A stretch of 64,000 bases of DNA, taken from assembly GCA_000004695.1 (NCBI GenBank), contig CM000154.2, forward strand, positions 3,232,001 through 3,296,000, written 5' to 3'. The DNA is from Dictyostelium discoideum. Lineage: Eukaryota. Each line of letters begins with the position of its first letter. Position 1 is the first letter of the stretch. Positions 27,966 through 38,256 of this stretch are shown in pieces. Under the pieces are notes generated by a model. The model made no database searches. It saw only the letters and a list, made by a program, of their open reading frames with translations, and was not told the DNA's origin. Both the position numbers and the translations under genes were made by a program.

Positions 27966-29174
27966 ATGGCTGATGATCACTCAACTGAATTACAGTTAAA
28001 TCATACAGATAACAACACAACCAATACAAATAACACCTCCACAACCTCAACAACAAAAAACAAAAGTGCAAAAATCGACACACCTAAAAAACAAACCCCA
28101 ACAAACCAACTCTCACTAAACAAAGGACTTGATAATCAATTAGATATCATTGCACCTCCATCAATCACAAGACCACTCTCTTTCTTAGAAAAAAACAATA
28201 ACACCATCAACATTAAGTGTTACTTTAATCAACCACACATCCGTGAAGAATTAACCTCAAAAGATGACACAAGAATTCAACAAATTCACAAAAACATTCA
28301 CAAACTCTTCGAAGTTATACTGTCGCCATCAGCATTCAAAATAATTGGTGCAACTGCCTTCGTAAATTGCAACGTTGATAAATTAACTTCAATAATCAAC
28401 CTTCAAAACCAACTTGCACTAAATATCGACAAACTCAACTATAGATTCGATATATCATCAAATGATTATGCAATCATTAAAACATTCATTAAAACGTACT
28501 CACCCAAACATGCAAACGATGCAATTACAAACAACCTCACTAAATTCACCAGTTGTACATCAATTGAATCATTTACTGTCACATACTCATATGCTGTTGC
28601 GTTTAAAAGCTACATTATAACATACCATCTAATTGATCACACACACAACATTGTTGATCAAAAGATCGAACAACCATCTGGTATCACAAGATATATCAAA
28701 GCTGCAACACGTAGTGTCACTAAACACAAAATTCAACATGCAAAAAATGCAGATATGGCAACAACTATAAAAAATGCTATCACAAACCCAAACATGAACA
28801 AAAACAATCAACCACCAAAAAACAACATTAACACCCCACCAATCAACGAAATTGCAAATTCCAATCGCAATAAAAACTCACTTCAAAATAGTGGTTCAAA
28901 AGCTATACTAAATGAATCACTTGATATTAACAATCAATCCCAAAACAATAATGAAATTTCACACAAAAGTGATTCTTCAAATAATAATAACGGGAAAAAC
29001 TCATTATCAATGAGCAATCCAACCGATCCAACAATTGTACCACAAAAACCTCTACAATCTCAACCAAACAAACCAAGTGCACCAACTCCAAATCCAATAA
29101 ATACAAGAAGAAGCAGCAATGCCCTGACTACACAACCAGTCAATACTGGTGCTGCCAAACCTAGTAAGGTATGA
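27966..29174 (+). CDS. TRE3-like ORF1 (402 aa), with a Thr/Asn/Pro-rich and basic C-terminus.
   Basis: It starts at an ATG and is immediately followed by ORF2. The stop of ORF1 overlaps the ORF2 start (ATGA). Confidence 0.7.
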   Translation: MADDHSTELQLNHTDNNTTNTNNTSTTSTTKNKSAKIDTPKKQTPTNQLSLNKGLDNQLDIIAPPSITRPLSFLEKNNNTINIKCYFNQPHIREELTSKDDTRIQQIHKNIHKLFEVILSPSAFKIIGATAFVNCNVDKLTSIINLQNQLALNIDKLNYRFDISSNDYAIIKTFIKTYSPKHANDAITNNLTKFTSCTSIESFTVTYSYAVAFKSYIITYHLIDHTHNIVDQKIEQPSGITRYIKAATRSVTKHKIQHAKNADMATTIKNAITNPNMNKNNQPPKNNINTPPINEIANSNRNKNSLQNSGSKAILNESLDINNQSQNNNEISHKSDSSNNNNGKNSLSMSNPTDPTIVPQKPLQSQPNKPSAPTPNPINTRRSSNALTTQPVNTGAAKPSKV

Positions 29175-32100
29175 GCTCAAAAATCAACTTTATAACATGG
29201 AATTGTAGAGGATTCACTGAAAACGCAAACAATCAACACAATTCCTACCAAAAAGCTGTTGACACACTACAACTACTTATATCAAAACTTCCACCTCGTC
29301 CAACAATCTCAATACTCACTGAACTCAATTCATCACCATTACAACTTAAACATGATTTTCCCGATCACATCATCTCTGTCACCAAAAGAGGAAATGGTGT
29401 AATAATCATTAACCATAACCCAAACACACTCAAACTCAAACACATATCAACAATTGATGGTAGAGCTATTTTAGCAGACGTTATATTTCCAAATCAATTA
29501 CCAATTGGTATTCTTGGAATTTACGCACCAGCATCAAATAATACCATCAAAAAGAATTCATATGCAACTTCACTACAAACACTTCTCCACAACCACTCAA
29601 CAAACCCAATACCAAACCAATCCCAACATGTATCTATTATCGCAGGAGATTTCAACTGTATCCACAACGACAATTCACTATTAGATGATATTATCCAATC
29701 CTACACATACCAACACCATCTAATTGATCAAGGTGAATTTAAAAACACTCCAACTCATACACATGGTAACAGATTAGATAGAATATATACCCAATACAAT
29801 AGAATAGACCCTGAAAATATATATACACAAGTCCACCAAATTCCATCTTCATTATCAGATCATAATCCAATATCAACAACAATTTCTTCACCTTTTCAAA
29901 TAAATAAACATAAGAAAAGATGGATATTATCACCTGGTACTGCAAATGACCATGAAGCAATCAATATTATCAATCATTTAATAACTAATCACAATAACAC
30001 ATCAATCAATCAATTTACAAACTGGTCAAAAGTAAAATCAAAAATTATTAAAACTCTAAAAAACTATCAATATAACAAAGACAAACAAACTCAACGTGCA
30101 AAACAAATACTATTAGAAAAAGCAGGAAAATTCAAACATCTTGAAGAACAATGCATCGCTGAATACAATATTATATGTAACAAAAACAAATTACATCAAA
30201 ACCACACAAACATATTAAAAAAACATATAAATGGAGAAATACCTAGCAAGTATCTATCAGCAATACTAAACAAAAGATCAAAAGATGCAAAAATTGAATC
30301 AATCCAATATGGCAACATCATTACATCCGACCCCGACCAAATTGAAAATGCGTTTGTTGAATTCTACACAAATCTATATAGCTTACAAATATGTTGTCCA
30401 ATTACTCACCAGCTCATGCTAAACACATGGCCCATCATAAAAAATGAATATTGGAATGGTTTAGACTCACCATTTATACAAGATGAAGTTGAAGCTGCAA
30501 TTAAAACCTGTAACCCCAACAAATCACCCGGTCCAGATGGCGTTACAAATGCATTCTACATTAATCATTTAAACCAAGTTAAACCAATTCTCACTACATT
30601 ATTCAACGATATACTAGAAAATCCTCACCACATCACAACAGAATTCACCGAAGGTCTTATACACACAATTTACAAGAAAGGCAACCCCTTACTCATATCA
30701 AATCGTCGTCCCATTACACTTCTTAACACTGATTACAAGATCCTCTCAAAAGTAATCAATGCACGTCTTCTGAGAATACTTCCTTTCATCATCAACAACA
30801 ACCAAACTGGTTTCGTACCCCACAGATTCATCATAGACAACATCATCAACATCAATGAATTAATAAACTACCTCAAATCTAAAAACCTCCCTGGTATCAT
30901 CACACTATTTGACTTCTTTAAAGCATTTGATTCTATCTCTCACGATAGCATTAAAAGAACATTAATTCATATTGGAATACCAATAAAATTAATAAATTTA
31001 ATCCACAAGCTATTATCTGACTCACAAGCAAAAATTTCAATTAATGGTAAAACGACCAGAAAATTCGATATTAAAAGAGGTGTAAAACAAGGTGACCCAA
31101 TCTCAGCCACTTTATTTGTAATTGTAATTGAAATATTAGCAAGAACAATAAATGCAGACAATTCAATAATTGGATTACCAATTTCACCCAATCCACAAAT
31201 TAAAATCAAATTTACCCAATTTGCAGACGACTCTACAACATACAACATCAACTACGAACAACAACAACAATCAATAATCAAACATTTCGATAATTTCTGC
31301 GCTTCAACATCATCATCTTTAAATTTTGACAAAAGTGCAATTATAGAAATCAACCCCCACAAAATCACTGATAAACACTTAATAAACAACATTCCACAAT
31401 CAAAAAGAATTCCAATAACCAAAAAAGATCAATCAGAAAGAGTTCTTGACTATTTCTTTAATCATAATGGTTTACATAGGAAATTACCAGAAACAATGAA
31501 AACACTGATTAAATCATTAGTGCTATGGAAAACTATTGGTACAACATTAAAAACAAAAACAACCATCATAAACACCTACTCACTATCACCAATAACATAT
31601 TTATCATACCTTGAAGAATTTACAAAAGATGAAGAAATTCAAATTAATAAATTAATCTCATGGTTTATGAATTCTCCCGCAAATTCTGAATCACCAACTC
31701 TCAATACCAATTCCATTGAAAACAACACATCAACCATCCATTCACGTGCAAAAATACCTTTGATGTGTTATGATAGATCATTAAAACCATTAAAAGAAGG
31801 TGGTTGGGGTATGTGGAATATACAATTACGACAAGTTGCTCAAAAGATTTGGATATACAACAGATTTTTACAAATGCATAAATCTGCAAACAATTCAATA
31901 TACATGATAAGTTGGATGGATCAAATCATCAACAAATCAATCTCTTCTCCATACCTTATAAAAATAAAAAAAGAATGGGAAAACTATGCAACTCAAATTG
32001 GACATCTAAAAGATAAAGTTCAAATCCTACAACCAATATTAACAAAAAACCAACCCTCTCAAACATTAAACACAAATAATATTTCACTACCACCAACACT

Positions 32101-33001
32101 CAAAGAAATCTACTCGACAATACTAAACAATCACCAATGCAAATCAAAAGACTATATTGGCAAGAAATATTCAGATCTACTTCTTACTCCGCACCAACAA
32201 TCAATACAATTATTATGGAAATACACATACGACCAACTTTTTGTCAAAATTCAAAAATTAAAAGATCCAAAAGGCCGTGATACAATGCAAAGATTCCATG
32301 CTAGATGTCTTCCGATTAATCATCTACACAACAAAGTTTGCCCCATTTGCAACAATGAAATGAATAATGATCCCTATGGTCATTTGTTTTTCAATTGTCA
32401 GCACACAATCAACTCCATTAACCACGACAAATTAAAATATTTTATATATAAAAATTGCAATGGAAACAAAAACTGGTCACTAACAAAAAACCAAACAACA
32501 AAATTATACACACTCATCTATAAACCACAAACAAACAACAAAGCATTTAAACCAGATCCAACTATCAATATTAATTTTCATTTTGCAGAAAACGCACAAT
32601 ATAAAAAATACAGGTTCAACTGGAATTATATAAACACAAATCTTGATCTAGTCAGAACACATGCATATTGGAACATAATCTCATTAGTTATTCACCAAAT
32701 ATGGATATGGTTATGCAAATCATTATTTGACATCAATATAACTCAATCAATTGATAATTGGAACAACCAAATAAACAACACAACACTAGATTATGATATA
32801 TTAAAATCAAAATGGCACAAGCTAATAAGATTGGAATATTCAAGAACTTTATCAAACTTTAACCAATACTCAATTAAAAACAACCTCACAAAAACTCAAA
32901 AAGAAACCCAATGGTCTGAAACCATCAAAAAATTTAAAAAAGAATGGAGCATAAACACAAATGAACCAATTCCAACAATTACACCACCAATTAATTATTA
33001 A
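29171..33001 (+). CDS. TRE3-like ORF2 (1276 aa): APE-type endonuclease, reverse transcriptase and a C-terminal Cys/His motif.
   Basis: The N-terminus reads ITWNCRGF...SDHNPIS, the EEP endonuclease. The RT block is ...PGPDGV...FADDSTTY (FADD equals the YxDD box). The Cys/His motif is CPICNNEMNNDPYGHLFFNCQH. Confidence 0.85.
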   Translation: MSSKINFITWNCRGFTENANNQHNSYQKAVDTLQLLISKLPPRPTISILTELNSSPLQLKHDFPDHIISVTKRGNGVIIINHNPNTLKLKHISTIDGRAILADVIFPNQLPIGILGIYAPASNNTIKKNSYATSLQTLLHNHSTNPIPNQSQHVSIIAGDFNCIHNDNSLLDDIIQSYTYQHHLIDQGEFKNTPTHTHGNRLDRIYTQYNRIDPENIYTQVHQIPSSLSDHNPISTTISSPFQINKHKKRWILSPGTANDHEAINIINHLITNHNNTSINQFTNWSKVKSKIIKTLKNYQYNKDKQTQRAKQILLEKAGKFKHLEEQCIAEYNIICNKNKLHQNHTNILKKHINGEIPSKYLSAILNKRSKDAKIESIQYGNIITSDPDQIENAFVEFYTNLYSLQICCPITHQLMLNTWPIIKNEYWNGLDSPFIQDEVEAAIKTCNPNKSPGPDGVTNAFYINHLNQVKPILTTLFNDILENPHHITTEFTEGLIHTIYKKGNPLLISNRRPITLLNTDYKILSKVINARLLRILPFIINNNQTGFVPHRFIIDNIININELINYLKSKNLPGIITLFDFFKAFDSISHDSIKRTLIHIGIPIKLINLIHKLLSDSQAKISINGKTTRKFDIKRGVKQGDPISATLFVIVIEILARTINADNSIIGLPISPNPQIKIKFTQFADDSTTYNINYEQQQQSIIKHFDNFCASTSSSLNFDKSAIIEINPHKITDKHLINNIPQSKRIPITKKDQSERVLDYFFNHNGLHRKLPETMKTLIKSLVLWKTIGTTLKTKTTIINTYSLSPITYLSYLEEFTKDEEIQINKLISWFMNSPANSESPTLNTNSIENNTSTIHSRAKIPLMCYDRSLKPLKEGGWGMWNIQLRQVAQKIWIYNRFLQMHKSANNSIYMISWMDQIINKSISSPYLIKIKKEWENYATQIGHLKDKVQILQPILTKNQPSQTLNTNNISLPPTLKEIYSTILNNHQCKSKDYIGKKYSDLLLTPHQQSIQLLWKYTYDQLFVKIQKLKDPKGRDTMQRFHARCLPINHLHNKVCPICNNEMNNDPYGHLFFNCQHTINSINHDKLKYFIYKNCNGNKNWSLTKNQTTKLYTLIYKPQTNNKAFKPDPTININFHFAENAQYKKYRFNWNYINTNLDLVRTHAYWNIISLVIHQIWIWLCKSLFDINITQSIDNWNNQINNTTLDYDILKSKWHKLIRLEYSRTLSNFNQYSIKNNLTKTQKETQWSETIKKFKKEWSINTNEPIPTITPPINY

Positions 33002-33451
33002 TTACCTAATCTAAAATAACATACTATTTTAAATTCACAAAAACTAAAAAACCTAAAATAAATAAATAAAAATAACATACTAATTGTATACTACAATAGT
33101 TTATTTATATCAAAAAAAAAAAAAAGACTCCCATTTAACTACTCGGATTGTAATCTATTTAATAATTCATCATATTGCAAACACAGCAATAATTTTTAAT
33201 CCATAATACACTATATTTTAAAATTGAAATTAAATAACCCATAATGCACTATGTTTTAAAATTGAAACTCAAATATTAAACTATTAATTTATCTTTAATG
33301 GATAATAATAAACATACAATACATTGAGAAATCTATTGGATTAACACTGATTAAACAATATTATAAATAATATAATCAATTAAAACCAATATTTTATGAC
33401 AATCATTCTTTTTTCTGGATAAAGATATAAAACTTTATTTTGTTTAGATTA

Positions 33452-33878
33452 TTAGTTATTAATTTTTTTACAACATTCACTGAAATGTTTAATTGTATTT
33501 AAAGCTTGTTTTTCATTTGAGAATGGACCTGTTAATCTAAATACAGAGGAGCAAGAAACATAGTTTAAACACATATCATAAAGTTCTGGGTTATTTAATT
33601 TCATTTCATCAAAATCTGGTAAACAATTAATTTGTTTTGCTAATTGATCAGAAAATAAAACATAATCACCAAATGGGAATAATGTCTTCATTTTTGCATT
33701 TCTAATTTCATTAATTTTAATTATATCTTGTCCCATTTCTTTTTCTGAAGGTAAATCTATTAATCCAGAAAATACATAGTTAATCCATCTAGATTGAAGT
33801 TCCAATACTTTTTTATAAAAAAAAAAAAAAAAAAAAAATTAGATTAATATTAAAATTATTATTATAATTATTATTTTA

Positions 33879-33911
<33 letters not shown>

Positions 33912-35137
33912 TTACATGAATAAAATGGAGTACCAAAAATTCCAACTAAACCTAAATTTTTAACTTTATGAGGAAAAGTAAAATTATATAATAAACATGG
34001 TACATAATTATCATTTGGATTAAATGATAATTTTTCTAAAATTTCTTTTTCAAAAAATGAAAAATTTAAATGATAACCAGTTGCAAAGATAATTTCATCA
34101 AATTCAATATTAATTATTGATTGATCCAATTGATTTAAGAATTCCAATGATTTATCATTTGAATTATTTAATAGATGATTTGATAAACATTGAATTTTAC
34201 CTTGTTTAATATTATCAATATAGGAATCGATACAAGTAAATAAAATTTGAAATGGTTTATCAAAATTAGTTTCATCATTTTGATAACTTGGTTCATTACA
34301 ATTATTACCAGATAATTGTTGTAAGAATTTATTCATTGCAAGGTTATATTCATTTTCAGGTAAATCTTTCATTTTATAAGAATTGGCTCTTAAACAGATG
34401 ATTAGGTCCACTGGAACACCATTATCATTTTCATCGATTTCATTACCATTTCCTTTTAATATATTTTTAATTCTTTTACTATTTGAAGGTATTGCCCATT
34501 CATTTAATTTTCCTTCACCATAGAGATAAACACTTTGACAACCTGAATTACAAAGTTCTGAAGCAATTTGTAAACCAGTACATGATTTACCAACAACTAA
34601 AACTCTTTTACCAATATATTCATTTGGTGATTTATATTGATTTGAATATCTATATCCACCAGTAAAATTTTTTAATGGTTCCATTGGAAATTGTCTTGGT
34701 TTATTATTCATTCCATTACCAACAATTAAGAAATCAAAAATTTTTGATTCACTTTTTTTACTTGAGGAATCTGTCCATTGGACTAACCATTTATTATTTT
34801 CGAGTTGTTTTACTTTTTCAACAGTACTACCAAATTTGATACAATTTAAAAGTCCAAAATGATTTGCATAATTTGATAGGTATTGATGAACTTTTTTTGG
34901 TGATAAAAATAGATCTTGATCTTCTGGATGTTGGAAATCTGAAAATGTCATTGAAAAATGAGATACATTGGTATGCATTGAATCCCAAGGTATAGCTTCA
35001 TCAAGTGACCAAACTCCACCAAATGTTTCTTTTTTTTCAAAAACAGTTGGTTCTAAACCACATTCTAATGCTGATTTACATGATGTTAAACCTGATGGAC
35101 CACTTCCAATTATACAAACTGTTTCACATCTATTCAT
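33452..35137 (-). CDS. Flavin-containing monooxygenase (FMO), about 526 aa. Two exons: 33916-35137 and 33452-33807. The intron is 108 nt (GTAATT..AAAAAG).
   Basis: The FAD site is IIGSGPSGL, with FGGVW (the FxGxxxHxxxY/F region). The NADPH site is VLVVGKSCTG. The FATGY motif is present. The track ORF 33452-33805 starts at TTG. The true exon 2 begins 2 nt upstream after an AG. Confidence 0.75.
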
Positions 35138-36014
35138 TTTAAAAATAATAAAAATAGAATTTTTTTTTTTTTTTTTATACTAAAAAAAAATTTTTTTTTT
35201 TTTTTTTTTTTGATTTTATAAATCTTTTAAAAACTGAAACGACTTTTTATAATAATAAAAAAAAAAAAAACGGTTTTAGATTTTAATTTTTAAAATATCT
35301 TTTTTTTTTTTGAAAATTTTATTTTATTTTTTTTTTTTTTTTTCAAAAAAATTTTCAATTATTAAATCTGGGGTGGTTAGGATATTTTTAAATTTATTAT
35401 TTATTTTTTACAATTAAACCAATATAATGAAAAAGAAATTAATAAATTAAAAAAAAAAAAAACAATACATTTTTTAGTATTCTTAAAAAATAAAATAAAA
35501 AAAAAAAAAATAAAAAAAAAAAAAATATGATATAATTTAAAAGGAGATGAAAAAAAAAAAGGAATAAAAAAAGAAAACGATAATAAAATTTTATTTAAAA
35601 TTAAAAGTTTATTTATTTATTCATTTATTTATGTATTATTAAAATCTAGTAATTTTTGGTCTTAAATGTTTTTTTAAAAAATTCAATTATCATAATTTTA
35701 ATAAAAAGAAAAACATAAATATATTAATAGATTTATTTTTATTTATATTTATATTTTTATTTATATTTTTATTTTTATTTTATTTTTATTTTTATTTTTA
35801 TTTTTATTTTTATATTTAAGTTTTTATTTTTATATTTAAGTTTTTATTTTATACTATTTTAAAATCAATTTTCATTTATTATTCACTATCATATTAATAT
35901 TCACTGTAATCCTCACCACCTCCACAGTGGTCATCATAATCTTCATCATAATCTTCATATTCTTGATCAAGATTTAAAAAATTTTGAATAAAATCTGAAT
36001 ATGAACGAGATATT

Positions 36015-37207
36015 TTATTTGCCTTTTTTTAATAATGTTTCAGATTTTTCTTTATTTTCATAACCTTTACAATTTAATAACATATCAGAGTAAGAAATAA
36101 TTGATTTGATAAAACTATATTTAACACCCAATTCGTAATAGTATTCACTCTTTTCTAAATCTATATCTATACCATCAATACCAAATTGAAATAAATAACC
36201 AAGTGAATTCAAAGACTCTAAAACATATATATTTGAATCTGTAAAGAATGAGCTATCACCATAATCATCTTGATCATCATCATCAAAATGAAGTGGTTTA
36301 AGACTTGCTTCATATAATAATGATAAACCAATGTTTGAATCTTTCTTTAATTTATCTACACCAACACCAATTAAATATAATGTTGAAAGATGAAAAAACC
36401 CATTTGATATATTACTTTCTTTAATTGATTTTGAAAAATATTTATATGCATTTCTATAATCTTCATATTCAAACATATACTCTTCACCAACATTATTTAA
36501 ATGATTAATTGTAATACGATTTTGACTTAAACTAGTTGAAATCATTTCTTCAACCATACCCAATTGATCGATTAGTATTGGTAAATAGCCTTTAAAGAAT
36601 GAATTGAATTTATGTTTTTCAATGAATAATTTAGCTTCATTTTCAAAGTTTCTAATATCACCAAATAAAGTTGAATTTCTATAATTCAATTTTTCATTTA
36701 CCAATTTTTTAAAATCAGTTACCTCTTTACATGATGGATTTAATTGATCAGCAGCTCCTAAAAATTGAATTGATTCATTATATTTTCCTTGAAATGATAA
36801 AATTTGAGATAATCTAAAATAACTACGATAAAACAATGGTGATTGTTTCATTGATTCAAATGAGTCAATTTTACTTTCTTCCAAGAGTGATCTAAATTCA
36901 TTTGGTTCAAAATTATTTAACTCTCTTGATAAATGCACTTTTTCATATCCTTTTAATGAACTTAACTTATAATATTCAAATTTTGAAATTGATCTATTTA
37001 AATAAAGTAATGATTTTAATTCACATAAATCCATACCACTTTTTTCAATTGGTGATTCTTTATTATAACCATTTAATTGATCAATACCCTTTGTATAATA
37101 TTCAATTGCTAAATTATAATTTTTTTTTGTATATTCAATATTACCAAGTTCTTTTAATTTAATTGATTCTTCAATTTTATTTTCTTTTTTTGTTGTGATT
37201 TTTGAGG

Positions 37208-37238
<31 letters not shown>

Positions 37239-37924
37239 ATTAGTGTTAGTTTTATTTGATAAATTTGATTTGGAATTTGGAATTTTATTAGTTGATTGTT
37301 GTGGTTTTTGAATATTTACTATATCCATAGTTTCAATTGATTGAATTGTATCTTCTAATTCACCTTTTAAATAATCATTCATTTCAATTAAAATATTAAT
37401 TAAATTTTGTTTTATATTTTTTAATTCACTTTCTTCAATTTTAAAATCTTTAATTAATATAACTTTTTTAAAAATTATAAAAAAAAAAAAAATATTGTTA
37501 ATTTTATAATTATTAATTTATTTTTAAAAGTAAATTAATTAATTAACTTACAATTATCATTAATTTGATTAATACTTGAAATTTGTTTATTTTCAAATGA
37601 TAATTTTTCTTTATCATTAATTTTGGTAAAATTGAAATTAATTAAAAGTGATGATAATAATTGTACATTGAAAGAATTGAGGTTTCCATTTGAAATAATA
37701 CTTTTTTGATAAAAATTATGGTCATTTGTTAAACAATTTGAATTGGTAAAGTGAGGATTCATACAAAGGAATTTATAAATTAACTCTCCATACTCTTTAC
37801 AATCTACCCAAGGTTTACCAATTTCAATTAACCAACGTTCTTTAAATTTATTTTCTAAAATTTGTTTAATCTTGATATTAATAATATTTGATAATTTAAA
37901 ATAATTAATAATATTATTTTTCAT
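36015..37924 (-). CDS. TPR/Sel1-like repeat protein. Two exons: 37552-37924 and 36015-37462. The intron is 89 nt (GTAAGT..AAAAAG). There may be a C-terminal extension to about 35894; see findings.
   Basis: Exon 1 (MKNNIINYFKL...) joins in frame through FILIKDFKIEESELKNIKQNLINILIE to the Met at 37382. TPR-like units appear as LKELGNIEYTKKNYNLAIEYYTKGI. Sel1-like units appear as GLSLLYEAS..., LGYLFQFGIDG and YYYELGVKYS. Confidence 0.55.
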
Positions 37925-38256
37925 TTTTTTTTTTTTTTTTTTTTTTTTATTATTATTTATTAAGAAAGAGAGAGAGGGAGAGAATATATTTGTAAAAAAA
38001 AAAAAAAAGAGGAAATAATAATAATAAAAAAAAAAAAATTAAAAAATAAAAATACAAAAAAAAATAAAAAAAAAAAAAAAAAAAAAAAAGTGTTTTGAAC
38101 AACACCACATTTGGAAATTAAAAAAAAAAAAAAAATATAAAAAAAACAGTAATAACACATTTTTTTTTTTTGTTTTTTTTATTTTATACGAAAAAAAGTG
38201 CACTGAGAGTGAAATAAATAATGTTTTTTTTTTTGTTTTGCTTTTTTTTTTTTAGA

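Larger units (their letters stand above)
27811..33124 (+). mobile_element. Full-length TRE3-type (tRNA-gene-targeted, L1-like) non-LTR retrotransposon of about 5.3 kb. It has a 5' UTR, ORF1, ORF2, a 3' UTR and an A13 tail.
   Basis: It is inserted about 50 bp downstream of tRNA-Met in the same orientation, which is the TRE3 signature (TRE5 inserts upstream). It has two ORFs and an A-rich sense strand. It terminates in a 13-nt oligo(A) at 33112-33124. It is flanked by perfect 13-bp direct repeats GACTCCCATTTAA. Confidence 0.8.

Noticed and set aside
35700-35860. Minisatellite (tatttttatttt)n and two copies of tatatttaagtttttattt
   Set aside because: It is a simple AT-rich tandem repeat in a 3' flank. 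Nothing suggests a function.
37535-37924. The 129-aa ORF as a separate gene upstream of the TPR/Sel1 ORF
   Set aside because: A GTAAGT donor at about 37551 and an AG at about 37463 join it in frame to the downstream ORF. A single 2-exon gene is more parsimonious.
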